Positions 30,106-41,063 of a stretch of DNA of 64,000 nucleotides are shown one piece after another. Position numbers and translations under genes: made by a program. Source of the stretch: an uncultured bacterium. GTDB lineage: Bacteria > Patescibacteriota > Microgenomatia > Levybacterales > UBA12049. Within the stretch, counting starts at the first letter, position 1. Every line of letters starts with the position of its first letter. The notes below the pieces were generated by a model. That model searched no databases, was not told the origin of the DNA, and worked only from the letters and a program-made list of their open reading frames with translations. The stretch covers positions 384,809-448,808 of the forward strand of contig CAWGXL010000011.1 in assembly GCA_963826535.1 (NCBI GenBank), read 5' to 3'.

Positions 30106-30275
30106 CGGTTTTTTTTGCAGATAAGATCTATGAAACAGTGAGAAGAATATATATCATCAGGCGATGTATGATTTGGAGAGGCGTAAGCTGTATGATGCGT
30201 CAAAAATAGATTTGGATAAGATAATATTTTAACGCGCGAGGAAATGTTTATTGTTTACAAATTCAAAGGCTCATT

Positions 30276-30578
30276 TTACTTTTTTGCGGTTTTCCAAAGG
30301 TTGTTGAATAGATTCAGGTATCCATGTACAAGTGCGGGGTTTCTGATTTTTATGGCGGTTACGGGGGTATGAGAGTCAGAGTAAATTATGTTGAGTACGG
30401 TTTGAGCTTCGGGGTAAATGTGGACTCCTGCAGGATTTTCGGTTTCATCAGGGAGATAGCGAACACTGTAATAAGCAAGATTTTGAATGTCGGGTTCAGT
30501 ATGGAATCTTTGTAGCACGTATTGCCGAACTGGAGCAAGAATTTGGTATTGGCAAAGGTGGGGGATGTTTGAATTCAT
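30276..30578 (-). CDS. hypothetical protein
   Basis: 100-aa ORF only. Confidence 0.3.
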   Translation of the reverse strand: MNSNIPHLCQYQILAPVRQYVLQRFHTEPDIQNLAYYSVRYLPDETENPAGVHIYPEAQTVLNIIYSDSHTPVTAIKIRNPALVHGYLNLFNNLWKTAKK

Positions 30579-30663
30579 GGCTGCCGATAAGTGAGGATGT
30601 TACAATCAGGACGTCGCATATTTTTGGGCTGCTTACATTTATGCGATGGTATAAAATATATTT

Positions 30664-31497
30664 TTGTTAACAATGATTATGGATTTTGAATTTTTTTCAA
30701 AAAACGGGAAAGTTCTTTCCGTGAAAGAGGCAACGGTTTCGCTTATGGATATTGAATATAGCTATGGATTCGGTGTATACGAAACACTGCGAGTTTCAAA
30801 GGGATTAATTTATTTTTTGTCTGATCATGTTGACAGGCTGTTTCAGTCGGCTCAGTTAATCGGCTTGGAACACAGCTTTACAAAAGAGGAAGTGAAGCGG
30901 TGTGCTGTGGAGCTCGCAAAAACAACTACGGTTTCGTCCTTTAATTTAAAAATTGTTTTAGTGGGTGGGTATTCACCAAAAGATGCAAGTTTGTATATAT
31001 TTTGCTCAAACCCTCTTTTTCCCAGTAAAGATTCTGTGCGCGAAGGAGTTTCGCTTCATACAGCAATTTATGAACGGTGGCAGCCGCGGGCGAAGTCACT
31101 CAATATGCTTCCGAGTTACGTTGCTTACAAAAATGCAAAAGGTGCGGGATGTTATGATGCTCTTTTGATAGACCATAATGGATTTATTACCGAAGGAACA
31201 AGAACTAACTTTTTCTTTATAAAAGATACGGTTATTTACTCTGCGCCGGAGAACAATATTCTTTCCGGTATAACGAGGAAGTTTGTGCTTAAGACAGCGG
31301 AAAAGATTGGTTTTGAAATCATGGAGAGAAATATAAAAGTTTCCGAAATTACGAATTTTGATGGCGCGTTTATTACCAGTACAGGTCAAAAAATTATACC
31401 TGTAAGGAAGATTGATGATTTTGAGTATGAAGAGATTCCACAAAATTTAAAAAGGCTTATGGAGGCGTTTGATGATTTTTTGGTAGGACTTCACTAA
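30664..31497 (+). CDS. class IV aminotransferase (branched-chain / D-amino acid aminotransferase / ADC lyase family)
   Basis: Fold-type IV pattern (YGFGVYETLRV...; EGTRTNFFFIKD). Confidence 0.7.
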   Translation: MLTMIMDFEFFSKNGKVLSVKEATVSLMDIEYSYGFGVYETLRVSKGLIYFLSDHVDRLFQSAQLIGLEHSFTKEEVKRCAVELAKTTTVSSFNLKIVLVGGYSPKDASLYIFCSNPLFPSKDSVREGVSLHTAIYERWQPRAKSLNMLPSYVAYKNAKGAGCYDALLIDHNGFITEGTRTNFFFIKDTVIYSAPENNILSGITRKFVLKTAEKIGFEIMERNIKVSEITNFDGAFITSTGQKIIPVRKIDDFEYEEIPQNLKRLMEAFDDFLVGLH

Positions 31498-31569
31498 CAT
31501 AAGTAGTTTTAACTTGTAGTTTGTAAAATTAGTCTGGAATTAAAGTGAGGTTTGGTGCATAATTAAATT

Positions 31570-32112
31570 ATGAATCATACGGAAAATGGTTATTTGCCGC
31601 TGCATGATACTTCCGCGTTTCACCGCAGACTTAAGAGCAGAAAACGGGTAATTAAAAGTTTTGAGGCAAAGGAAAAATCTAATAGAAAACTCGTGGAGCG
31701 AATCGCGGATTTTATGACTGCCCGATTTGGGAGTATGACGTTTCTGACTATTAATGCGGTATGGTTTGTTATATGGGTTATATTAAACACTGGATTAATA
31801 CCAGGCATCAAACCGTTTGACCCCTTTCCTTTTGGATTGCTGACTATGATTGTATCGCTCCAGGCGATTTGTTTGGCAATTTTTGTACTAATATCGCAAA
31901 ACCGGGCAGCAAGAATTGATGATTTACGTGATGAGATCGAGTTGCAAATTAGCACAATTGCCGAGGAGGAAATTACGAAAATGATGGAGTTGCAAGTAAT
32001 GCTGCTTAAAAAACACGGCATTGATGTGTCCGAAGACCGAGAGCTACAGCAGATGCTTGAGCCAACGAATACGGATACAATAGAGAGGGCGCTGGAAAAG
32101 GAATTCAGTTAA
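31570..32112 (+). CDS. DUF1003 membrane protein
   Basis: Two TM helices plus a C-terminal coiled coil; matches the DUF1003 pattern (FLTINAVWFVIWVILN...PFPFGLLTMIVSLQAI). Confidence 0.5.
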   Translation: MNHTENGYLPLHDTSAFHRRLKSRKRVIKSFEAKEKSNRKLVERIADFMTARFGSMTFLTINAVWFVIWVILNTGLIPGIKPFDPFPFGLLTMIVSLQAICLAIFVLISQNRAARIDDLRDEIELQISTIAEEEITKMMELQVMLLKKHGIDVSEDRELQQMLEPTNTDTIERALEKEFS

Positions 32113-32118
32113 TAGGGG

Positions 32119-32499
32119 TTATTTAAATTTTTCAATTTTATATTTCCATCTTGCTCTTCTAATTGCATCTTTACTTGCCCCTCCGCCTCCAACCCTTCCC
32201 CCACTTCGTTTGAATTCACGAGTTAGTGACTGTTTAAACAATGGGGTTACAAGCTCTCCTTGTGAAGTGTTTCCGGTGTGATTTCTTAGAAGAAATGGCT
32301 TTCTTTCTGCTAGGCCAATGGGTTCTCCGTTCAACCTATTTCCGGGAACAAATTTAGATAATGCTGGAGTTGCTACACTTTTTATTTTAGGAACATCGGA
32401 CCTTCTTTCTGCCGGGCCATAATTGCTGCGGTTTCTTGGACCATATTTATTACGGTTTACCGGAAAAGTTCTACTTCCTTCAAAAGATTCCTTACTCAT
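32119..32499 (-). CDS. hypothetical basic protein
   Basis: 126-aa ORF rich in R/K/G/N; no motif recognised. Confidence 0.35.
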   Translation of the reverse strand: MSKESFEGSRTFPVNRNKYGPRNRSNYGPAERRSDVPKIKSVATPALSKFVPGNRLNGEPIGLAERKPFLLRNHTGNTSQGELVTPLFKQSLTREFKRSGGRVGGGGASKDAIRRARWKYKIEKFK

Positions 32500-32522
32500 A
32501 AAAATAATTTATCATAGAATGT

Positions 32523-33383
32523 TTATAGTTCGCTGAGGCTTGTGGTGTCTTTGGCGCGGTCTTGGACGTAGCTGAGGTAGCGTTCTGTGGTTGATAGGCG
32601 TTTGTGGCCGAGAATTTTGGAGAGGAGGATGAGAGAGACGCCGTGCTTGAGGTGATGAGCGACAAAAGTGTGGCGAAGATCATTGACTTTGGCATTTTCT
32701 ATACCGGCTATGCGGAAGTAGCGTTCGATGGCGGTGCGGATATTGCGAACCAGGAAAGGCTTGCCGGATTTGGTGACAAAGACATGGTCGTCCTGAACAT
32801 TTGGTCTTACCTGTAAATATCTAGCGAGGGCCTCTTTGGCTGATTTGTTGAGAGGGACTAATCGCTCTGTGTGTTTTTCATGAGGACGGATAAGAATGTT
32901 ATCGCTTTTTGCATCAGTGGTTCTAACATCAGCTAACTCACCAATGCGTATACCTGTTTGCAGAAGTAATTCTATGATGGCATACATTCTGGCGTCGTTA
33001 CGGGCTGCGTCGCGAAGAGCTCTATATTCAGTCGGTTTGAGAATACGCGGAGTAGCTAGTTCGTAGTGCGGGTGGGAAACTAAGAGCGAGGGGTCATCGG
33101 TTACATACTCGTTCATTTTTAGGAAGCGATAGAATGTACGGGTAGAATTGAGTTTGCGGGAAAGAGACTTGGGAGTATAGCCCTTATTGGAAAGTTTACC
33201 TAAAAAGGCGTTAATATCATCTTTGCTGATATCGTGGATATGGTGCTTATCTAACTCTTCGAGGAATGATGCCAGCTGATCAATGTCTTTTCCATATGCC
33301 AGAACAGTAGCAGTTGAGTGCTTTTTACCTTTAAGGAATTCTATGAATTGTTTATGGGCATTTCTGATTTTTTCCTCTTTCAT
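32523..33383 (-). CDS. tyrosine recombinase XerC/XerD family
   Basis: C-terminal catalytic region LRHTFVAHHLKHGVSLILLSKILGHKRLSTTERYLS (R..H..R..Y). Confidence 0.75.
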   Translation of the reverse strand: MKEEKIRNAHKQFIEFLKGKKHSTATVLAYGKDIDQLASFLEELDKHHIHDISKDDINAFLGKLSNKGYTPKSLSRKLNSTRTFYRFLKMNEYVTDDPSLLVSHPHYELATPRILKPTEYRALRDAARNDARMYAIIELLLQTGIRIGELADVRTTDAKSDNILIRPHEKHTERLVPLNKSAKEALARYLQVRPNVQDDHVFVTKSGKPFLVRNIRTAIERYFRIAGIENAKVNDLRHTFVAHHLKHGVSLILLSKILGHKRLSTTERYLSYVQDRAKDTTSLSEL

Positions 33384-33459
33384 AACTTAGAGATCCTATA
33401 ATATCAATTAATTGGCTTATAGTCAAGCAGTAATATACAGGATATAATTATAATACATT

Positions 33460-33810
33460 ATGGTCATAAAGAAAATAGTGTTTTTTGTCGTTATTATTTT
33501 TTCGCTTTTTGTGATTAATGACTTAGTTCATTCGATATATAATTTGTGGCAAAAGAATGATTTAATAGAGAAGTTTGAGCTTGCACTCGGAATGGAGAAA
33601 AAGAAGAATATTGAGATGAAAGAGAGGCTAAAAGTGGTAACACAGCCTCAATTTATTGAGAAGGAGGCAAGAAATAAATTGTTTATGGCTCGCCCTGGGG
33701 AGGGGATTGTTGTTGTTGCGCCGACAGTGTATATGCAAGCAAAATCTACTACAAAGCGACATGTTGACACACGTCCTAACTGGCAACAATGGTGGGAGAC
33801 ATTCTTTTAG
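33460..33810 (+). CDS. FtsB/DivIC-like septum formation initiator
   Basis: N-terminal TM, coiled coil, and the FIEKEARNKLFMARPGE motif. Confidence 0.45.
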   Translation: MVIKKIVFFVVIIFSLFVINDLVHSIYNLWQKNDLIEKFELALGMEKKKNIEMKERLKVVTQPQFIEKEARNKLFMARPGEGIVVVAPTVYMQAKSTTKRHVDTRPNWQQWWETFF

Positions 33811-33944
33811 ACTTACGACGTATGACTTAAGACTTAAGATTTAAGATGTACGAGGAAGTGGATTTTTGCAAATTTTCTTACTTCGCTAATTCATACTTAT
33901 TAACCTGCTTTTACAATGGCTTTTTAGCATGAATAGGGTGGTTA

Positions 33945-34124
33945 ATGATGGCTAAATATGGGAAGAAGGCTCAAGAGTTGGTTAAAGAAGCAATGCATAA
34001 GATGAAACGGGGGAAGTTGAAGTCGGGAAATTCGGGTATGAAAGTAAAATCAAGACGACAAGCTATTGCCATTGGTCTTTCTGAGGCAAGAGAAAAAGGA
34101 GCAAAAGTGCCTAAAATGAACTAA
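33945..34124 (+). CDS. small conserved protein (DUF6496-like)
   Basis: 59-aa ORF, not in the ORF track; MAKYGKKAQELVKEAMHKMKRGKLKSG...AIAIGLSEAREKGAKVPK. Confidence 0.45.
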   Translation: MMAKYGKKAQELVKEAMHKMKRGKLKSGNSGMKVKSRRQAIAIGLSEAREKGAKVPKMN

Positions 34125-34212
34125 TTGATGAGAATTCTGTAAAGAGAGTTTCAGGCACGTTGCATGCGTAAATCTTCGAAGAGATGAAGATATTATTGGG
34201 CTTTATTGCTAT

Positions 34213-35346
34213 TTGATGCCTGGCAATGTTTATGTTATAATGCCCAACAATATGGCGGAACATACCGAAAGGAAGGGACGACCACAAGAAATGTCTCCAG
34301 TGGAATGGGTTAGAGGAACTACGCCAAATGAATTAGTTACAAGGGATTTTTCTCGTCCTACAATATTTAATGACCGAACGCTTGTCGCAGCAGTAGAAGG
34401 CGGCGAAATTGGGGTCGGAGTTTTTGCGCTTCCGCCAGTAGATACTTCTAGTAGTAAATTTTGGGAGGGATTAATGCGAAGCCTTGGTAGGCGAGGTGAA
34501 GAGGCTCCTAAACCACAACCAACTCGTTTACGAATAGAAGCAAAAATACCTTCAGACGAAGCTATAAGAGGTGAACATGCACCTATAAGTATTTTACATC
34601 CTCATGTGGTAATGGAGGATGGTACCAGATATGGAATTGGTGTTATGATACCAAAAGGAATGATTGGGCAATGGTCAGAGCCTAGAGAGCGAATGGCTGA
34701 AGGCTCATATTTAAGAGGAGAAAGGGAAATATATAAACAAAAAAAATCTGTAGCGGTTTTGATTCGTGTGGATGGGGAACATCCACTTGCAGAGCAGGAA
34801 GTGTCACTACATGGGAGAAAAACGGCTCGACATGAAATGTTATTGGGCATTCCTGATCCACAGCCAGATTCTCCAGATGATATATTTGTAAGTATTTCAA
34901 GCAGAACTGTTAATAGAAGAGATCTTAGCGGTAAGATTCCAAATGTAGGCGATACTACTGGCATAAAAGCCGAAGTATCAGATCTAGTATTCCATACGGT
35001 CGCGCAAGCTGGTACTGATGAAAATACAATACTTGATAAAAAAGGATTGGTTCAGGTAGTTGTAGCAGGTATCATTGAGGATGAGGTAATTGAATTAATA
35101 CATGAGCCTGTTGTAGTTCCATATAGTCCAAGAGAGGATATGTGGGGTGGACAATTAAAATCTATGGGTGTGCCAGCGCGTGGGTCAACAGTGAGGGGTG
35201 AAACAGAGTTCTCAAATACAAGAAAGGAACAAGTATCAGTGAGTACGGTAAAAGATGTTAAGCCACTAGCGGTATTCAACCTTGCTCTGGTTGGTCATGG
35301 TGGTCCAGTAACTGCTGAGATGACTGAGGCTCCAATATCTGCATGA
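34213..35346 (+). CDS. hypothetical protein
   Basis: 377-aa ORF; no motif recognised; composition differs slightly from neighbouring genes. Confidence 0.45.
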   Translation: MMPGNVYVIMPNNMAEHTERKGRPQEMSPVEWVRGTTPNELVTRDFSRPTIFNDRTLVAAVEGGEIGVGVFALPPVDTSSSKFWEGLMRSLGRRGEEAPKPQPTRLRIEAKIPSDEAIRGEHAPISILHPHVVMEDGTRYGIGVMIPKGMIGQWSEPRERMAEGSYLRGEREIYKQKKSVAVLIRVDGEHPLAEQEVSLHGRKTARHEMLLGIPDPQPDSPDDIFVSISSRTVNRRDLSGKIPNVGDTTGIKAEVSDLVFHTVAQAGTDENTILDKKGLVQVVVAGIIEDEVIELIHEPVVVPYSPREDMWGGQLKSMGVPARGSTVRGETEFSNTRKEQVSVSTVKDVKPLAVFNLALVGHGGPVTAEMTEAPISA

Positions 35347-35563
35347 AGAAGACCTCGAAAAATAGTTTGGCCTAAAGAATCAGTCTAATTGTTTATCTAT
35401 TGCCGGGGTTGGAGGAAATTGTAAGCGAAATTAATATCCAAAATTTTTGTATATTTATACGTGTTTTAGCTTAATTATGCAATCTAAAGTTATTTTTTAG
35501 TAAGTGAGCTTATAGTGGTTGACATATTAATTATGCAGTAATATAATCCATGATCTAATATTT

Positions 35564-36196
35564 ATGAGTGAAAGACTAAGAAATCAATCAGAAAATTTTG
35601 TAAGAAAAGCAACTGTTTTAGTTGGTGAAGTTATTCGTGTTGCGCCAATAATGGCGGGAACTGGATATTTTGCTTCAGAAGCAATAAAGTCAGCCTCAAA
35701 CGGTAAATTTGGAAAAGCCGGATTTGAAGGGTATTTAGCATGTATTTTTCTTAGTGCAGAATTAATACTGAGAAAGGGAGAAAGAGAAAGGGCTGTAGAT
35801 TTTGGATTTCAGGCTGGAGCAGAGTTAGTAATGGAACAATTGAAGAGTAGAGGGCAGATGGGTGCAGTGGAAATATCAATCAAAGCACCACCTGAAGGGG
35901 AGCCTTTCTATCGATCTTTAGATGGAGGTCTTGAAATACATAACCCAATGGAATTAATGCAAAGGATTGGATCTAAAGAAGGGGCAGCTGTAAGGATAGG
36001 AACAATACTTCAGCATGCAGATAAAAGAGCACTTAACGAGAAAGAAATTGAATATTTGAGACTTGTTCAAGCAGGTTTGAATATGTTACCTCAGGTAAAA
36101 GAAACTTTTTGCGAAACTGGAGGAGAAGTGTTTGATAGAATGGATAGCTTAGTGTCTGAGTACGAGAAAAAGCGCAAAGGATCACAAGAGCAATAA
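35564..36196 (+). CDS. hypothetical protein
   Basis: 210-aa ORF only. Confidence 0.45.
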   Translation: MSERLRNQSENFVRKATVLVGEVIRVAPIMAGTGYFASEAIKSASNGKFGKAGFEGYLACIFLSAELILRKGERERAVDFGFQAGAELVMEQLKSRGQMGAVEISIKAPPEGEPFYRSLDGGLEIHNPMELMQRIGSKEGAAVRIGTILQHADKRALNEKEIEYLRLVQAGLNMLPQVKETFCETGGEVFDRMDSLVSEYEKKRKGSQEQ

Positions 36197-36358
36197 TTTC
36201 AAGTCAAGATATAACATATCAATAAGTGATCTTCATATTTGGCTTCAAACGAGTATATATTCTATTTCTTTTTCGAAGCGTAAAAGAGGGTTGAACCTAA
36301 TGATTTGGTTGTTAATTCAATAAAAATGGAGACTTATTATGCCTCCATTCCAAGTGTG

Positions 36359-36611
36359 TTGCGGGGCTAGGAGTTGAACCTAGCCTGTGAGATTATGCAT
36401 CGGTTGCTCCGATTACTCGGAGTGTCGGACTATATCATTCCCGATTAAATCGGGATTCAGCGTATAGTCTCTACGGGTTCTCGCCTAGGCGAGTCTTCCC
36501 TCGGTATTGCCCAGCTAAGCTGGGTTTCACCGATATAGCTGAATTCTCTGTTATATGTTGCCATATAAAGGGCCCATTTTGAGCCTCACGTGCGCCGTAC
36601 ACTACCCCGCG
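36359..36611 (-). tRNA. initiator tRNA-fMet (CAU) interrupted by a ~184-nt group I intron in the anticodon loop
   Basis: Minus strand. Exon 1 is CGCGGGG-TA-GTG-TACGGCG-CAC-G-TGAGG-CT (36611..36582). Exon 2 is CATAA-TCTCA-CAGG-CTAGG-TTCAACT-CCTAG-CCCCGCA-A (36397..36359). The 5' CGCGGGG and 3' CCCCGCAA are identical to E. coli tRNA-fMet and give the C1xA72 mismatch. The spliced anticodon loop is CUCAUAA. Confidence 0.7.
36398..36581 (-). other. group I intron (inserted between nt 33 and 34 of tRNA-fMet)
   Basis: U at -1 of the 5' splice site; the intron ends in G (omega G). GGGCC at intron nt 8-12 can pair with exon GGCU to form P1. GUAGAGACUA and AUAUAGUCCGAC match the conserved P7 strands (AGACUA / UAGUC) of Azoarcus and Tetrahymena group I introns. 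Confidence 0.65.
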
Positions 36612-36680
36612 ATATTATTTTCATTATTATAACAATTGATTCATTCAAGGTCAAATGTTATACTTTTACCACTAAAATAA

Positions 36681-36752
36681 GCCAACGTAGCTCAGTGGTA
36701 GAGCAATCGTTTCATAAGCGATCGGTCACAGGTTCGAATCCTGTCGTTGGTA
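36681..36752 (+). tRNA. elongator tRNA-Met (CAU), or tRNA-Ile2 if C34 is modified
   Basis: GCCAACG-TA-GCTCAGTGGTAGAGC-A-ATCGT-TTCATAA-GCGAT-CGGTC-ACAGG-TTCGAAT-CCTGT-CGTTGGT-A. Confidence 0.8.
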
Positions 36753-36822
36753 CTATGCTTTGTAAAGCAAAACAAATGTAGATTAGTAAAGGAGCTCGCG
36801 GGAGGCGAGTTTTATTTTAATT

Positions 36823-38259
36823 ATGATTAAAGATTGGAAAAATAAAAAAGTTGGGATTTTGGGATTTGGTTTAGAAGGATTGTCTTCAGCTCGGTTTTTG
36901 TATAATAAAGGTGCAGAGATTTGGATTTTAGATAAAAAGAAAAGCGAAGATTTTGCACAAGATTTTTTAGCATTGGGAAGAAAGATAGCAAAGGGATCAG
37001 TTTTGGGAGAAAACTATCTGGAAAATTTGGGAACTTATGACGTCATTGTGAGAAGCCCGGATGTTAAGAGAAATATGAAGGAACTGATAGCTGCTGAGAA
37101 AAAGGGAGTGGAAGTAAGCTCGCATATTAAGATATTTTTTGATTTATGTCCAGCAATGATAATAGGGGTAACGGGCACCAAAGGCAAAGGAACGACTACT
37201 ACTCTTATTTACGAGATGCTTAAGAGAAGCGAGCGGGATGCTTATTTGGGTGGGAATATAGGAATACCGCCCTTGGATTTTCTGGATAAACTTACAGAGC
37301 AATCTGTAGCTGTACTAGAATTGTCCAGCTTTCAGCTTGAAGATCTGCATAAGAGTCCTGCAGATGTTAAAGCTTTGGCGGGTAAGCCTCATATTGCGGT
37401 GATGCTGATGGTGGTGCCTGAACATTTGGCTCGCGATAAGTTTGGAAACCAGAACTACCACGAGACAATGGAAGAGTATGTGGAGGCAAAGCGAAATATT
37501 TTGCGCTTCCAAAAAACTTCGGACTACGCGATTTTAAACCGCGACTATATTCCTACTAATGAATCGGATATTCATACGCTGGGAAAAGTTTTTTTTATCA
37601 CGCGGGAAAGAACGACAACTGAGCAAGGGACTTTTGTGAAGAATAAGGCGATTTGGATGCGGATACAAGGTACGGAGTGGAAGATTATAGATACTGATAA
37701 AATCGCGCTGATAGGGAAACATAACTGGGAGAATGCGGGCACAGCAGCAATGGCGGCTACTTTGGGAGGCGCCAATAGAGAGGATATAACTTCTGTTTTG
37801 CGCATGTTTAAGGGCTTGGAGCATAGATTGGAATTAGTGAGAGAAGTTAAGGGAGTGAAGTATTATAATGATTCTTTTTCTACTACGCCTGAGACGGTGA
37901 TTGCGGCTATTGAAGCTTTTACACAACCTGAGATTTTGATATTGGGCGGATCGAGTAAGAAAAGCGATTTTGGTGAGTTGGGAAAAGTTATAGCCAAGGC
38001 TAAGAATATTAAAGCAATTATAGGGGTTGGGAAAGAATGGATGCGGATAAAATCCGTACTGAAAACTAAGAACTTAGCACAAAGAACATTATTGGTTGAG
38101 GGGGCGAGGGATATGAAGACGATTGTGGCAGCGGCGGATAAAATTGCCAGGAGCGGAGATGTTGTTTTGTTGAGTCCGGGGTGCGCGAGTTTTGGAATGT
38201 TTAAGAATTATAAAGACCGCGGGGAGCAGTTTAAAAGAGAAGTGGAAAAGCTAAACTAA
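36823..38259 (+). CDS. murD: UDP-N-acetylmuramoylalanine--D-glutamate ligase MurD
   Basis: GVTGTKGKGTTTTLIYEML P-loop and Mur ligase domain order. Confidence 0.85.
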   Translation: MIKDWKNKKVGILGFGLEGLSSARFLYNKGAEIWILDKKKSEDFAQDFLALGRKIAKGSVLGENYLENLGTYDVIVRSPDVKRNMKELIAAEKKGVEVSSHIKIFFDLCPAMIIGVTGTKGKGTTTTLIYEMLKRSERDAYLGGNIGIPPLDFLDKLTEQSVAVLELSSFQLEDLHKSPADVKALAGKPHIAVMLMVVPEHLARDKFGNQNYHETMEEYVEAKRNILRFQKTSDYAILNRDYIPTNESDIHTLGKVFFITRERTTTEQGTFVKNKAIWMRIQGTEWKIIDTDKIALIGKHNWENAGTAAMAATLGGANREDITSVLRMFKGLEHRLELVREVKGVKYYNDSFSTTPETVIAAIEAFTQPEILILGGSSKKSDFGELGKVIAKAKNIKAIIGVGKEWMRIKSVLKTKNLAQRTLLVEGARDMKTIVAAADKIARSGDVVLLSPGCASFGMFKNYKDRGEQFKREVEKLN

Positions 38260-38286
38260 TTGTGTTTTAATTGGGAAAATTAAACT

Positions 38287-39192
38287 ATGACCTTTCTTGA
38301 AAAATACGAGCTACTTAAAAAATCTATTCCTGTTCCGGCTGTTAATGCCAGCTCGTCTGTTGACTGCGATTATACTGATTTTGTCGATCGATGCAAGAAT
38401 TGCTACTATGCCTTCGATGCGTATTATCTTGAAAACAATATTTATACATACTATGGAGCATATAACAAAATGTTATTAGATTGTCATGGAATGGGTGAAT
38501 GTGAGAAATGTTATGAAAGTGCCGACTGTACCAAATGCCACAGCTGCACTTATTTAATAAACTGCAATAGCAGTAGTGACTGTCATTTTTCAGCCTACCT
38601 AAATTCATGCAATGATTGCTTCGGTTGTGTTGATTTAACTCATAAAAAATATTGCATATTTAACCGTCAATATACAAAGGAGGAATACTTCAAAAAAATT
38701 GAAGAGCTAAAAACAGAAAATCCAAAGAATTTACTAGAGCAAATGTCAGATCTCGAACGAAAGTTGCCGCATCCTGCAACTTACCAATCCAATAGCGAAA
38801 ATTGTCCATACGGTAATAATATTTATAATTCAAAGAATTGTTTTTGGTCTTTCAATACATATTATTTTGAAAACTCGGGCTATTCTTATTATGTATCATA
38901 CGCAAAGAATTGTTGGGATGTCTCTGAATTTGGAGGAAACCCGGGAGTAAAAACAATTTCGGAGAGATGTTATGAGAATTTAAATACAGAGACTTGTTAC
39001 GATTGCACATTTCTTGTGTCAAGCAAGAGTTGTACAAACTGTCATTATAGTAATCAGCTTATAAATTGCTCTGATTGTTTCGGCTGTACCGGGCTAAAAA
39101 ATAAAAAATATTGTGTTTTAAATAATCAACTAACGAAAGAACAATACGAACAAGCCCTAAGAGAGATTAAAAAAGAGTTGGGGTGGAAATAA
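38287..39192 (+). CDS. cysteine-rich internally duplicated repeat protein (paralog 1 of 3)
   Basis: 301 aa with about 40 Cys in CxxC / CFGC motifs; two homologous halves, each ending CFGCxxLxxKKYCxxNxQxTKEQY. The N-terminus MTFLEKYELLKKSIPVPAV is shared with the genes at 62769 and 63707. Confidence 0.6.
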   Translation: MTFLEKYELLKKSIPVPAVNASSSVDCDYTDFVDRCKNCYYAFDAYYLENNIYTYYGAYNKMLLDCHGMGECEKCYESADCTKCHSCTYLINCNSSSDCHFSAYLNSCNDCFGCVDLTHKKYCIFNRQYTKEEYFKKIEELKTENPKNLLEQMSDLERKLPHPATYQSNSENCPYGNNIYNSKNCFWSFNTYYFENSGYSYYVSYAKNCWDVSEFGGNPGVKTISERCYENLNTETCYDCTFLVSSKSCTNCHYSNQLINCSDCFGCTGLKNKKYCVLNNQLTKEQYEQALREIKKELGWK

Positions 39193-39216
39193 AAGTTTTT
39201 GTAGCCTTTGAATTAA

Positions 39217-40482
<1,266 letters not shown>

Positions 40483-40531
40483 ATTAGGTTTCTGCGTTGA
40501 CTATCTTATAATAATAAGTTAAAATGCTTTT

Positions 40532-40963
40532 ATGGGAATTGAAACCAGGGCAGCTTTTTTAGCAGCAGTTTTATTTACTATTCCTGCTGAAGGACAGGGG
40601 CAAATAGTGGAGAAACGGAAATTATTAGATTGTGAAAATGGGGTTATTGAGGGGTATAAAGAGTCGCAACTTAGAGGAAACGAAACTGTAACCGTAGGTA
40701 AAGTACGTTTATGGTCTGACGGAAATGGCGGGGCAGTTATTGAGGGTCTGGGGAGGGAGATAAAAGTAGGAGAGAATCTAAAATTATCGGATGCGCCTAA
40801 TGCTATTATTATTCCATCTAATCGAATAGTTTTTCAAGACGGTGAGGAGAGGTATGATGTAAAAATATGTAAAGCAGTGCCAGAAGAGCCGCCATATACA
40901 ACAATAGAAATAAGTGCATCCTGTCAACCTGAAATAAAAAATAAACCCCGGTTAAACCACTAA
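40532..40963 (+). CDS. small secreted hypothetical protein (signal peptide)
   Basis: 143 aa with N-terminal signal sequence AAFLAAVLFTIPAEG; the upstream region is shared with the 41064 gene. Confidence 0.45.
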   Translation: MGIETRAAFLAAVLFTIPAEGQGQIVEKRKLLDCENGVIEGYKESQLRGNETVTVGKVRLWSDGNGGAVIEGLGREIKVGENLKLSDAPNAIIIPSNRIVFQDGEERYDVKICKAVPEEPPYTTIEISASCQPEIKNKPRLNH

Positions 40964-41063
40964 CGAAATAAGTATAGCAAAATATTAGAATCATTTTTTG
41001 AGTTCAACAATATAAATTATTATGTTGTATTGACGTCTTATAATTATGTGTTAAAATGCTGTT

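Noticed and set aside
36250-36620. First read this structured region as a second tmRNA or RNase P RNA, because of the T-arm GGTTCAACTCC and the CGCGGGG/CCCCGCA termini.
   Set aside because: There is no tag frame and no P4 motifs. The termini match initiator tRNA-fMet exactly and the interior carries group I P7 motifs, so it is reinterpreted as an intron-containing tRNA (see features and findings).
32523-36752. Tyrosine recombinase plus unknown genes ending at tRNA-Met considered as an integrated island.
   Set aside because: The recombinase has XerC/D size and motifs (likely the housekeeping dimer resolvase) and no att duplication of the tRNA 3' end was found; left as uncertain.
36590-36781. 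63-aa plus-strand ORF.
   Set aside because: It overlaps both tRNA-fMet exon 1 and the tRNA-Met gene; spurious.
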